From Bacillota bacterium (GTDB taxonomy: Bacteria > Bacillota > Bacilli > Alicyclobacillales > SLC66): DNA of 64,000 nt. This document shows, piece by piece, positions 18,656-28,044 of the stretch. Position 1 is the stretch's first letter, and every line of letters begins with the position of its first letter. Under the pieces are notes generated by a model. That model did no database searches. It worked only from the letters and a program-made list of their open reading frames with translations, and was not told the origin of the DNA. Made by a program: the position numbers and the translations under genes. The stretch lies in NCBI GenBank assembly GCA_021805735.1, contig JAJZEE010000002.1:284-64283 (forward strand), in the 5' to 3' direction.

Positions 18656-19269
18656 GAGTGTCGACCTTCTTTCGTGAGCACGCGCGCCTGATAGGGAGGA
18701 ACGACGCCTTTACTGCGCACGGCAATCAGATGCCAGCCCACCAAACCGATGAGAATGACCGGCAGCACCGCAATGTGCAAGCCATAAACTTGACCGTTAT
18801 TCAAAATGTTGAGGAAACCGTCGATCCCGGCGCCGTTAAACGCGTCTTTGCTCTGCACCTGGTTCCACTGGGAAAAGAAGTCGCCCCGTGACAGATACCC
18901 GGTGAACGCTTCAACGACCGAAATGCCAAAGGACACCGCGCCAATCACCCAAGTCAAGGCGCGACCTTCCCGCCAGGATCCCATGAAAAACTGTCCCACC
19001 AAGTGCATGGTCATAAAGAAGAAGAAAGCCTGTACGCTCCAGAAGTGTACACCGCGCAGGAGGGATCCTGCTGCTGAATCTTGATACCATGTGGGGCCGT
19101 AGGCGGACATGATGATGCCGGAAGCGACACAGATGACCAGACTGCTTAACGTAAATACGCCGAAACTGTATACGAGAGACGAGACGTAGACGGGTTGCTC
19201 TGAAGGGAGCAGGTGGTCCCACGTCAGTTTTTCGGAAACGCGTTGGCGCATTGACTGCGTCCAGTTCAT
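18652..19269 (-). CDS. Di-haem cytochrome b6-like protein (cytochrome b N-terminal domain only)
   Basis: 205 aa. One His pair is spaced i/i+14 (HFWSVQAFFFFMTMH). A second pair is spaced i/i+15 (HIAVLPVILIGLVGWH), as in b6-type cytochromes. Confidence 0.85.
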   Translation of the reverse strand: MNWTQSMRQRVSEKLTWDHLLPSEQPVYVSSLVYSFGVFTLSSLVICVASGIIMSAYGPTWYQDSAAGSLLRGVHFWSVQAFFFFMTMHLVGQFFMGSWREGRALTWVIGAVSFGISVVEAFTGYLSRGDFFSQWNQVQSKDAFNGAGIDGFLNILNNGQVYGLHIAVLPVILIGLVGWHLIAVRSKGVVPPYQARVLTKEGRHS

Positions 19270-19382
19270 TGATGATCACCTCGGTTGCCGTGTGGATACT
19301 TCAGAATGGCGAAGCCGATAAACGCGATAAGCCATAAAAATCCAGCGTAATAGTTAGGCCATGCGTTTGCCATGTCTACCAT
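19266..19382 (-). CDS. Small single-TM peptide (38 aa)
   Basis: ATG 19382 follows AAAGGAG. Sequence: MVDMANAWPNYYAGFLWLIAFIGFAILKYPHGNRGDHQ. Its stop overlaps the cytochrome b start. Confidence 0.4.
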   Translation of the reverse strand: MVDMANAWPNYYAGFLWLIAFIGFAILKYPHGNRGDHQ

Positions 19383-19616
19383 GATGCTCACTCCTTTCAA
19401 GTCACTGATGACATAGTATCCTGACGGGGAAAGTACCAACAGAGCGAAACGGACTATGGAGACTTCCCCCAAACAGGGGATATCGGACTAGTTAAATCAG
19501 ACTAGGTCGGTTCAGCGGTATTGGCAAAAATGGACTAATTCGTTTTGGTCTATCTGCCCGAAGCGACAACATTCATAGTGGGGATGAGTATCAGCGAAAC
19601 AGGGAGTTGAAACAGG

Positions 19617-21314
19617 ATGGATAAGGGAAATGGACGCAATAAGATAGTGATTGTCGGTGGAGTTGCGGTCGGCGCCGGCGCCGCCGCCAAAATCCGCCGA
19701 ATGGACGAATCCGCGGATATCATCGTCATCGAGCGAGGGCCGCATGTCTCTTTTGCAAATTGCGGGCTGCCCTATTACCTGGGCGACGTCATTTCAAGGA
19801 GAGAGGCGCTTTTGCTGCATACGCCTGCGTCGCTCCATGCACGTTTTCAGATCGACGTGCGTACCCGCCAAGAGGTCGTGGCCATCGATCGCAAAAATAA
19901 AGAAGTCATGATTGACAATCTGGAGGAGGGAACCAGTTACAGAGAGTCGTATGATAAGTTGGTGCTCGCCATGGGCGCCCAACCTGTTATGCCGCGATTG
20001 CCCGGCATTCAACTGCCCGGGATATTTCAACTGCGGACGGTACCAGATGTGGATGCCATGAAAGCGTGGATCTCTTCCAACAGAGTCAAGCATGTCGCGG
20101 TGATCGGGGCTGGATTTATCGGGATTGAAACAGTTGAAAACCTCACGACCCTGGGTCTTTCCGTAACCTTGATCGAAAAGGCGCCGCAAGTGTTGCCGCC
20201 GTTTGACGAGGAAATGACTGCTCATGTGAGACAGGAATTGACCCGTCTGCACGTGAACACGGCGCTTGGCGACGGGATTTCCGAATTTCGGGGCATGGGC
20301 AGAGCAACAGAAGTGGTGCTTGAGAGCGGCAGAGTCATTAAAGCGGACATGTTCATTTTGGGTCTGGGCGTTCGACCCAATTCCACATTGGCGCAGGAGG
20401 CAGGCCTGGAACTGGGGATGGCGGGGGCTGTAAAAGTAAACGACTATTTGCAGACGAGCGACCCTGACATTTATGCGGCAGGCGATGTCGCTGAAGTGTC
20501 ACATCGAGTCAATGGACGCCAACGATTTATCCCCTTGGCGGGTGCGGCAAACAAACAGGCCCGCATCATCGGAGAAAATATCTGTGGCGCTCGCGTGAAA
20601 TTCGAGGGAACCCTGGGAACCGCGATTGTAAAGCTGGGGGAAACAACGCTTGCGATGACGGGATTAACAGAAAAAGCTGCCAAAGCCGATGGGATTTCAC
20701 ATGTCGTATCGTACAACACGGCCGGTCATCATGCGGGTTATTACCCTGGGGCCACCGACCTGACAGTGAAGCTGCTCGTAGAACCTCTGACCGAACTGGT
20801 TCTGGGCGCGCAAATTTCAGGGAAGTTGGGCGTCGACAAACGAATTGACGTTTTTGCCACCGCGATTGCCAGTCGCCTCAGTCTTGATGAAATGACGGGA
20901 TTGGATCTGGCCTACGCACCCTCTTTTTCATCAGCGAAAGACCCCGTGATTATGGCGGCGATGGTTGCCCAACATGTTGTAAGGGGAGAAGTGTGTACTG
21001 TGCGTACGATGGATGACATTCGTCGACTCAACGCGCTCATTCTTGATGTGAGGACGGAAGGGGAGGCAGTCAAACGCGCGCTGCCGGGCGCTGTCAACAT
21101 CCCTTTGGATCAACTGCGCGAACGGGCGCATGAACTGGACAAAAATATCACGTGGGTAGTATATTGTCGCAGTGGTCAACGAAGTTATTACGCATATCAG
21201 ATCCTTTCGGGATTGGGGTTCAACTCTGTCTACAATCTTGAAGGTGGGATGATTGTCCAGGAAATGATCCAACAGGTGGAAGATTTCACTAATGTTGAGT
21301 CAGTTGTCTTCTGA
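19617..21314 (+). CDS. CoA-disulfide/persulfide reductase with C-terminal rhodanese domain
   Basis: 565 aa. Contains the FAD motif IVIVGGVAVGAGAAAK, active-site SFANCGLPYY, and the rhodanese loop VVYCRSGQRS. Confidence 0.9.
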   Translation: MDKGNGRNKIVIVGGVAVGAGAAAKIRRMDESADIIVIERGPHVSFANCGLPYYLGDVISRREALLLHTPASLHARFQIDVRTRQEVVAIDRKNKEVMIDNLEEGTSYRESYDKLVLAMGAQPVMPRLPGIQLPGIFQLRTVPDVDAMKAWISSNRVKHVAVIGAGFIGIETVENLTTLGLSVTLIEKAPQVLPPFDEEMTAHVRQELTRLHVNTALGDGISEFRGMGRATEVVLESGRVIKADMFILGLGVRPNSTLAQEAGLELGMAGAVKVNDYLQTSDPDIYAAGDVAEVSHRVNGRQRFIPLAGAANKQARIIGENICGARVKFEGTLGTAIVKLGETTLAMTGLTEKAAKADGISHVVSYNTAGHHAGYYPGATDLTVKLLVEPLTELVLGAQISGKLGVDKRIDVFATAIASRLSLDEMTGLDLAYAPSFSSAKDPVIMAAMVAQHVVRGEVCTVRTMDDIRRLNALILDVRTEGEAVKRALPGAVNIPLDQLRERAHELDKNITWVVYCRSGQRSYYAYQILSGLGFNSVYNLEGGMIVQEMIQQVEDFTNVESVVF

Positions 21315-21424
21315 TTCTCTTTGGAAAAGAGAGTGCTCACACACAAATGGTCTTGACCAAAGGGTGCGCCACCTCGATAATGGAACTGTTGGCCTAGGAT
21401 CTTTATCGAGGGGCGGAACTTATC

Positions 21425-22630
21425 ATGGCAACGATTTTGGTCATTGGGGGCAACTTTGCCGGCCTCACAAGCGCTCTGGAAATCAAGCGCAGACTAAAAA
21501 ATCAGGACCACCGCGTCGTGGTCATATCGAATCACGAGAACTTTCTATTTGTTCCGTCGCTCATTTGGATTCCATTTCGCGAACGGGAAATTGAAGACAT
21601 CTCACTTCCGTTGCGGCCGATTCTCGAGACTCACGGGGTCGAATTTCTGTTGGCGACGGCCACGAAGATTCTGGCGGAAGAGAGTAAGGTTGAGACCACT
21701 TCGGGAACATACGAATACGACTATCTGGTGATTGCCACGGGTCCCTCGCTGGATTATTCTCTCCCTGGGCTGGGCCCCAAAACGGGATATACCCAGTGCG
21801 TCTGTACGCCCAATGACGCGCTGGCGATCAGGGATCGGTTCGATCAGTTCGTGGAGCATCCGGGGCCTGCAGTGATTGGCGCCGCGCCTGGCGCGGGATG
21901 TACTGGCGCCGCCTACGAATTTCTGTTCAACTTCGAATACAATCTGCGCAAACGCGGTGTGCGCGATCGTGTTGAACTGACGTGGATTACACCAGAACCG
22001 TTTCTCGGTCACTTTGGGATCGGTGGAATCAAGGGCGCCGCGCCGATGTTGCACAAATTTTTCGATAGCCTTCACATTCGCTACATCGAAAATGCCGACC
22101 TGGTCGAAGTCACAAAGGATGAGTTGCGCTTGCGCGACGGCACTGCTCTGCCCTTTTCATTCTCCATGATCATGCCGCCGTTTTTGGGACAGGAAGTCGT
22201 GCGCAACTCACCTGGCGTGGGAAACGCAAAAGGTTATGTTCCAGTACACGACACCTATCAGCACAAAACATACCCCAACATTTTTGCCGCCGGAATCGCC
22301 GTGGATGTGCCCGTGCCATTTGTCACTCCGGTTGCGGTTGGCGTTCCGAAAACGGGGTATCCGGCTGATGAGGCGGGGAAAACCGTCGGTGAGAACATCG
22401 CCAGACTGGTGAATGACAATGTGGATCTGAAGAGTCGGCCGTTTGCCAAAATCCCGGGGTTGTGTGTCATGGACGCCGGACACAAAGAAGTGATCATTGT
22501 GAGTAACCATCTGATGAAACCGCGTGAATTTGCGGCCATCATTCCCAACCCAATTTACGATGAAGGCAAGCGACTGTTTGAGAAGTATTTCCTCTGGAAA
22601 ACCAAACACGGATACTCCTATCTTCCGTGA
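21425..22630 (+). CDS. sqr: Sulfide:quinone oxidoreductase-like flavoprotein
   Basis: 401 aa. Contains ILVIGGNFAGL and conserved Cys contexts GAGCTGAAYEF and GLCVMDAG. Confidence 0.75.
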   Translation: MATILVIGGNFAGLTSALEIKRRLKNQDHRVVVISNHENFLFVPSLIWIPFREREIEDISLPLRPILETHGVEFLLATATKILAEESKVETTSGTYEYDYLVIATGPSLDYSLPGLGPKTGYTQCVCTPNDALAIRDRFDQFVEHPGPAVIGAAPGAGCTGAAYEFLFNFEYNLRKRGVRDRVELTWITPEPFLGHFGIGGIKGAAPMLHKFFDSLHIRYIENADLVEVTKDELRLRDGTALPFSFSMIMPPFLGQEVVRNSPGVGNAKGYVPVHDTYQHKTYPNIFAAGIAVDVPVPFVTPVAVGVPKTGYPADEAGKTVGENIARLVNDNVDLKSRPFAKIPGLCVMDAGHKEVIIVSNHLMKPREFAAIIPNPIYDEGKRLFEKYFLWKTKHGYSYLP

Positions 22631-22689
22631 AAACAGTGTGCGGATCTTAAGAGAGTGATCTGCGGAACAGGCAAGGGGAGGAAATCAAG

Positions 22690-23685
22690 ATGCCGAGTGA
22701 CATTCACTCACATACAAATAACGCTGGTTTTTTCGAAATTCGCATGGAGTCCATTGGCGGTTTGGGGGCCAATTTGGCCGGCAAAATGTTGGCGGAGGCG
22801 GGCGTTCTCAAGCTAGGATTCAATGGTTCCAATTTCTCGTCATACGGTTCTGAAAAAAAAGGCAGTCCCGTAAAAACGTTCGTGCGGTTTGCCGCGGCAG
22901 AAACAGAGATTCGCTCATCCTCGCCGATCGAGGAACCTCATGTGGTCGCGGTGTTTCACGAGTCCCTGTTGCGCACGCAAAACTGCATTGTCGGTCTGGA
23001 GAGTCATGGGGTTCTGATTGTCAACACGGCAAAGTCACCGGATGATATTCGGGTGTTGACAGGGCTCAAATCTGGCGTGGTGCTTTGTGTCGATGCCCTG
23101 CAGATCGCGCTGGAGGAAAAATCCCGTGTCAATACCGCGATGTTGGGAGCGCTGTGCCGCATCATCGATTTTTTGGATCCTGAAGCGGTCAAGACGGTAA
23201 TCAGCGAGACACTGGGAAGAAAATATCCGACTCTTGCAGCGGCCAACCTACGCACATTTGATCGTGGATTCCGTGAGGGAAGCATTTCCTTATATCCGGC
23301 GGAGACCAATGGTGACGTTTATGAACCGTTTGTTCATCCCATTCCCGACCTGGGATATGACTCGCAGGCGCTTGGCGGAGCGATAATCAATCCGGGCAAT
23401 TCGATCACGCGGGATCTGAGCGCGTCACGTCAGGGATTCTTGCCCGCGTTTTCGCAAGAGGCGTGTATCCACTGCGCGGCCTGCGATGAAGTGTGTCCCG
23501 ATATGTGCTTTGTGTGGAATGCCAAACAAGATTCACGCGGCCGTACGTTTCAATATCTGCAGGGGATTGACTATCAGTACTGCAAGGGCTGTTTAAGGTG
23601 CATACAGGCATGTCCGACCGATGCGCTTACGACCATTCGCGAGACTGACACGTACGCAACCGATCATCGTGTAAGACACCAGTAG
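22690..23685 (+). CDS. 2-oxoacid:ferredoxin oxidoreductase, fused gamma + delta (2x[4Fe-4S]) subunit
   Basis: 331 aa. The gamma-like N-terminus has IRMESIGGLGANLAGKML. The C-terminus has CIHCAACDEVCP and CKGCLRCIQACP. Confidence 0.85.
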   Translation: MPSDIHSHTNNAGFFEIRMESIGGLGANLAGKMLAEAGVLKLGFNGSNFSSYGSEKKGSPVKTFVRFAAAETEIRSSSPIEEPHVVAVFHESLLRTQNCIVGLESHGVLIVNTAKSPDDIRVLTGLKSGVVLCVDALQIALEEKSRVNTAMLGALCRIIDFLDPEAVKTVISETLGRKYPTLAAANLRTFDRGFREGSISLYPAETNGDVYEPFVHPIPDLGYDSQALGGAIINPGNSITRDLSASRQGFLPAFSQEACIHCAACDEVCPDMCFVWNAKQDSRGRTFQYLQGIDYQYCKGCLRCIQACPTDALTTIRETDTYATDHRVRHQ

Positions 23686-23725
23686 GCGCATCATTGCGCT
23701 TTGATTCAGGAAGGAGACGAGCGGC

Positions 23726-26026
23726 ATGGCCTTGCAGGAACATCATCCAAGACCTGCGCAAGATATGAGGAAACCGCAATTTGAACAGACCACCGACTTT
23801 CGTTCCGGGAATGAAATGGCGGCAAAGGCTGCGGCGCAGATCAACTATCATCTCATGGGGTATTTCCCCATTACACCGTCAACCGAGATCGCCGAGTATC
23901 TCGATGAAATGAAGGCCAATGGGGAACATGACATGGTCATGATTCCCGCCGACGGCGAGCACGGATCGGCGGGAATCTGTTACGGAGCCGCCGCGGCGGG
24001 AGGCCGGGTGTTTAATGCTACGTCCGCCCAGGGGTTTCTTTACATGATAGAGCAACTTCCGGTGCAGTCTGGAACGCGTTTCCCGATGATTTTGAACCTC
24101 GTCACCCGTGCTGTGTCGGGACCGCTCGATATTCGCGGCGACCATTCCGACCTTTACTATGCGTTTAACATCGGATGGCCCATTTTGTTGGCGAAAGATC
24201 CGCAGGCGGTGTACGATCTCAATCTGATTGCCCTGCGCGTCGCGGAACACGCGGATGTGCGTTTGCCCGTGATCGTGGCGTCCGATGGGTTCTTTACGTC
24301 TCACCAAAAACGTCGCGTCCAATTTTTTTCCGACTCCAAGGCTGTTGCGCACTTTGTGGGCGAAACGCCGGTCGCGCCCATTGATGCGCTTGATCTCGAA
24401 CATGTCGTTACCATCGGGCCTTATATGAATGATCCAGACTTGATCAACACACGCTACTTGCAATCGCAGGCCATGTACCGTGCGCAGGATGTATTTCAAT
24501 CGGTCGCCAGGGAATACCAGGCGCAGAGCGGGCGCAACTACGATTTGCTGTCCGCCTATCGCATGGACGATGCGGAGATTGTCGTGGTGCTTCTGAATTC
24601 CGCCGCGGATACGGCTAAAGACGCGGCTGACCATCTGCGTGACAAGGGGATCAAGGCAGGTGTTCTCTCACCCGTCATGATTCGCCCCTTCCCCAAGGAC
24701 GCAATCGTGTCTGCACTGCGTTCGGCGAAGGTTGTCCTCGTTGGAGAGCGCGCCGATTCTTATGGCGGACACGGCGCCAATATGAGTCACGAAATCAAGG
24801 CGGCCTTACAGGAAGCACACGCATCAGTCAAAGTGATCACGCGTATTTATGGACTTGGCGGACGGGATTTCTATCCGGACGACGCGGAGGCGTTTTTTGA
24901 ACTGTGTCTTGACGCGTTTGCTGGCAAGGATGTGCCGACGTTTGACTACTATGGTCACACGGCAGGCAAACCGGACCTGGCGTCACAGGAGCGCACAACA
25001 GCGCTGTCGAAGGAACAGACGAGCGGATTTGTGCAGGTCGCCCAAGATCCGGGAACTCGTCAGCTGTCGGTGAAGGTTCCCACGCTGCGGGCGCTGACCG
25101 CGAAGGCAAACCGCATCGCTCCCGGCCATGGCGCGTGTCCGGGTTGCGGCATCTTTCCGGGCGTCAATACGTTTCTGAAGGGAATCGAAGGAAACGTCAT
25201 TGTTTTGTATCAAACGGGGTGCGCCATGGTCACGACCACGGGATATCCGGTGTCTTCGCACCGCGTCACTTATATCCACAACCTGTTTCAAAACGGCGCC
25301 GCAACATTGTCAGGCGTTGTGGAGATGTTTGTGGAACGCAAACGGCGCGGCGAGATTCACTATGATGATGATGTAACGTTTCTGATGGTCACCGGTGACG
25401 GCGGCATGGACATCGGTATGGGGTCTGCGATTGGCACGGCATTGCGCGGGCATAAAATGATCATTCTCGAATACGACAACGAAGGCTACATGAATACTGG
25501 TTCGCAGATGTCCTATTCAACGCCGCTCGGTCACCAGACATCGACTTCGGGGGTCGGAAAACGGGAGCAGGGCAAGTCGTTTCATCACAAAGATACGCCG
25601 CAAATCATGGCCGCCACCAATATTCCGTATGTGTTTACGGGCACTGAAGCGCATGCCCAGGATTTGATTAAAAAAGCGGCCAAGGCGCAATGGTACGCGA
25701 CCCATGAGGGATTGGCGTATGGCAAGATTCTCATTGCCTGCCCCCTCAACTGGAAAGCGGCCGATGAAGCGGGTCATGAGATTGTGGGCGCGGCGGTGGA
25801 CAGCTGCTTCTTCCCTCTCTATGAGGTCGAGCATGGCATCACAACCATCACGTACAATCCCGAGGAAAAAGGAAAACGCGTTCCTGTTTCCGACTGGTTG
25901 AAGACCATGGGCAAAGCGAAGCACCTTCTGCGACCGGACAACCATGAACTTCTGAAAGAGTTTGAAGACGAGGTGCAGCGGCGTTGGCTGCGTTTGACGG
26001 AGAAACATGCCAATCCGCATCTCTAG
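23726..26026 (+). CDS. 2-oxoacid:ferredoxin oxidoreductase, fused alpha + beta (TPP-binding) subunit
   Basis: 766 aa. The alpha-like N-terminus has GNEMAAKAAAQINYHLMGYFPITPSTEI. The beta-like part has GHGACPGCG and TGDGGMDIGMG. Confidence 0.9.
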   Translation: MALQEHHPRPAQDMRKPQFEQTTDFRSGNEMAAKAAAQINYHLMGYFPITPSTEIAEYLDEMKANGEHDMVMIPADGEHGSAGICYGAAAAGGRVFNATSAQGFLYMIEQLPVQSGTRFPMILNLVTRAVSGPLDIRGDHSDLYYAFNIGWPILLAKDPQAVYDLNLIALRVAEHADVRLPVIVASDGFFTSHQKRRVQFFSDSKAVAHFVGETPVAPIDALDLEHVVTIGPYMNDPDLINTRYLQSQAMYRAQDVFQSVAREYQAQSGRNYDLLSAYRMDDAEIVVVLLNSAADTAKDAADHLRDKGIKAGVLSPVMIRPFPKDAIVSALRSAKVVLVGERADSYGGHGANMSHEIKAALQEAHASVKVITRIYGLGGRDFYPDDAEAFFELCLDAFAGKDVPTFDYYGHTAGKPDLASQERTTALSKEQTSGFVQVAQDPGTRQLSVKVPTLRALTAKANRIAPGHGACPGCGIFPGVNTFLKGIEGNVIVLYQTGCAMVTTTGYPVSSHRVTYIHNLFQNGAATLSGVVEMFVERKRRGEIHYDDDVTFLMVTGDGGMDIGMGSAIGTALRGHKMIILEYDNEGYMNTGSQMSYSTPLGHQTSTSGVGKREQGKSFHHKDTPQIMAATNIPYVFTGTEAHAQDLIKKAAKAQWYATHEGLAYGKILIACPLNWKAADEAGHEIVGAAVDSCFFPLYEVEHGITTITYNPEEKGKRVPVSDWLKTMGKAKHLLRPDNHELLKEFEDEVQRRWLRLTEKHANPHL

Positions 26027-26057
26027 GAAAGACATGGGAATCGTGAAATCCGAGTTT

Positions 26058-26089
26058 GCCCACGATGAATATCCATCGTGGGCGTTTCT
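26058..26089 (+). terminator. Terminator after the OFOR operon
   Basis: GCCCACGATG-AATATC-CATCGTGGGC followed by GTTTCT. Confidence 0.6.
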
Positions 26090-26598
26090 ATGCGGTTTCA
26101 AGCGAAATTCAACTCTTCTTGTTTACGGTAGACTTTGATGGCGCTGCGCGCCACCAACAACCGGGAAGAAAATACGCCTGCGGCGATCTTCCGGGCAGAG
26201 AGTTTTTGCACTTCTTTCGAGTCAGGAAATATGTTTCTGTACATAGACCCAACCATCGTTCCTGACGAGGACTCGTATGCCGAGAGCGACAGCCTTTCCT
26301 TCGATCGGCTTCTCGTGACCCGGCAAAATCATAGCCAGGCGCCCATCTGCACGCGCCCCCTTGACACGCCCTTCCCGAGGGTCTTGCGGTTGCGCCTGGA
26401 TCGTCTAGAGGCGCATCTGCTGTCCAACTTGGCCTTAATGCCAGGCTTGTGAATGATTTCGCCAAGAAAGATCACCCCAAACGACGATTGCGACGGTTGC
26501 AATGGATGCGGCTATGTCGGTTGTGCGCTGTACGAGACAATTACGAGCAGCTGTCTCAGCCCATATAACTGCAGCCCCATCTGACAGGAGAAAGAGAT

Positions 26599-26631
26599 AA
26601 CGATAGGGTGGCTCTACGCTGCCCTATCGTT
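26599..26631 (-). terminator. Stem-loop downstream of ORF 26640-27419
   Basis: AACGATAGGG / CCCTATCGTT, a 10-bp stem with a 13-nt loop. The minus-strand flank is T-rich. Confidence 0.35.
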
Positions 26632-26639
26632 CATCGATT

Positions 26640-27419
26640 TTATTTAGTGAACGGAATCCATCGAGACGGAAGAGGAACGGACGCGACATACTTAACACCA
26701 GAACGCTTCATTTCTTTCAGAAACAGGCGATCATGCCATAGGACAATGGGTCCTCCAGCATAGTTGTCGGGAGCGAATAAGTGCACCATTTTCCCAGCGC
26801 GAAGATTGTACACCGATACAGATACCAAGAGTTTCTCAGGATATACCAGCGTACTCCAATTGACGCAGTATCCATTGGACAGATCATATTGTGACAGGAT
26901 ATCCTCTTGGCTTTTCAGGAGAAGGCGATGTGTAGCCAAATCGTAGATGCGAAGCTCGTATCCGAAATCACCCGTAGCAGGATGACGACCAGTCGGGAAC
27001 CCCACCAGGAGAGCCAGGTAATCTCCAGTCTGTTCCCATTGATCGATCCGTTTCCAACCAGAACTTCGGATCGTATCGAGCAGAACCCGATGTCCATCAC
27101 GAACATAGAAAAGTCGCAACAGTTTATCGGTCACTGCGCTTGGGTCGAGGAGTATGTCGCCCGCCGTGGTTTGGATCTCATGTGCATTTTTCTTAATCGG
27201 ATGATACGAAGCTATTCGTGTTGGCGGCATTGAAGAAAATGTGTGCTGACGCGCCATGGATGCAGTCATGGCGATGTCCGTAACCGGAATCCTGTTCGAT
27301 CCCGTCGCTCTGACATGCGCGAACATGCCACCGTTTATCAAAAGAGACGTTCCCGTTAGTATAGCCCCTAAAGACACCGAGAACAGTCGTTTCAACTTTG
27401 CCACCCCCTCGGGGAACAA
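26640..27419 (-). CDS. Hypothetical secreted or membrane-anchored protein
   Basis: 259 aa with an N-terminal hydrophobic segment; the remainder looks beta-rich. No family recognised. Confidence 0.5.
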   Translation of the reverse strand: MFPEGVAKLKRLFSVSLGAILTGTSLLINGGMFAHVRATGSNRIPVTDIAMTASMARQHTFSSMPPTRIASYHPIKKNAHEIQTTAGDILLDPSAVTDKLLRLFYVRDGHRVLLDTIRSSGWKRIDQWEQTGDYLALLVGFPTGRHPATGDFGYELRIYDLATHRLLLKSQEDILSQYDLSNGYCVNWSTLVYPEKLLVSVSVYNLRAGKMVHLFAPDNYAGGPIVLWHDRLFLKEMKRSGVKYVASVPLPSRWIPFTK

Positions 27420-27485
27420 TTCTTCCCGAATCTATGGCCGCCTGCATGGTATACCGTTGCGGATAACGAACCGACGATGCTCTAC

Positions 27486-27986
27486 TTAATGCGTCGGATA
27501 CCTGGCGAGCACATGATGGCCATACAGAAATACGATGCTGCGCCCCTCCATTTCGACGCTCGGCCATCTGGAGTTATTGGGGAATTGCTTATACGCCGGA
27601 AGACGCACGGAAACCGTTTTGCCCGTCGCCAAAATTGATATGTCGGCGACCGCCCGCATCGCTGTTCCTACTGGAGAAGGTTCTTCCACCACCGCCACGA
27701 AATACCCAGCCAGTACCCGTGTCCGGGTAAACACGCCCCCGCCCACAGGGGTATACGTTGTCAATTCGGCCAGCGATGCTTGGTTCGGGGAGAAGATTTG
27801 TATCGTATATGGTAGCGAACCCTTGGGCAGCATTTGTAGGGTTATTGTACACGCGTACAAGAACGTAAGAACTGCTGACAGAGAGTGACCAAATGTCTTT
27901 GACGGTCGAGTGCCACGGTAGTTCACCTCTTCACTAGATTTCAAGTAGTACAGATTCGAAAATTGCAAACGGTAGTAGAACGACAT
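27486..27986 (-). CDS. Hypothetical protein
   Basis: 166-aa ORF upstream of 26640-27419 on the same strand. No family recognised. Confidence 0.4.
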   Translation of the reverse strand: MSFYYRLQFSNLYYLKSSEEVNYRGTRPSKTFGHSLSAVLTFLYACTITLQMLPKGSLPYTIQIFSPNQASLAELTTYTPVGGGVFTRTRVLAGYFVAVVEEPSPVGTAMRAVADISILATGKTVSVRLPAYKQFPNNSRWPSVEMEGRSIVFLYGHHVLARYPTH

Positions 27987-28044
27987 TTGCGTTACACGTC
28001 TTAAGCCGAAGGTTTTACACGTCGATCTGCGTCATCACAAGACG

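Noticed and set aside
17675-18691. A 338-aa plus-strand ORF antisense to the 383-aa membrane-protein gene.
   Set aside because: Its composition is Arg/Gly/Cys-rich. The minus-strand ORF has TM segments and ATGA coupling to cytochrome b on one side and to the small ORF on the other.
23879-26101. Minus-strand ORFs 23879-24634 and 25517-26101 within the OFOR alpha-beta gene.
   Set aside because: They are shadow ORFs. The plus-strand product has POR and TPP motifs along its whole length.
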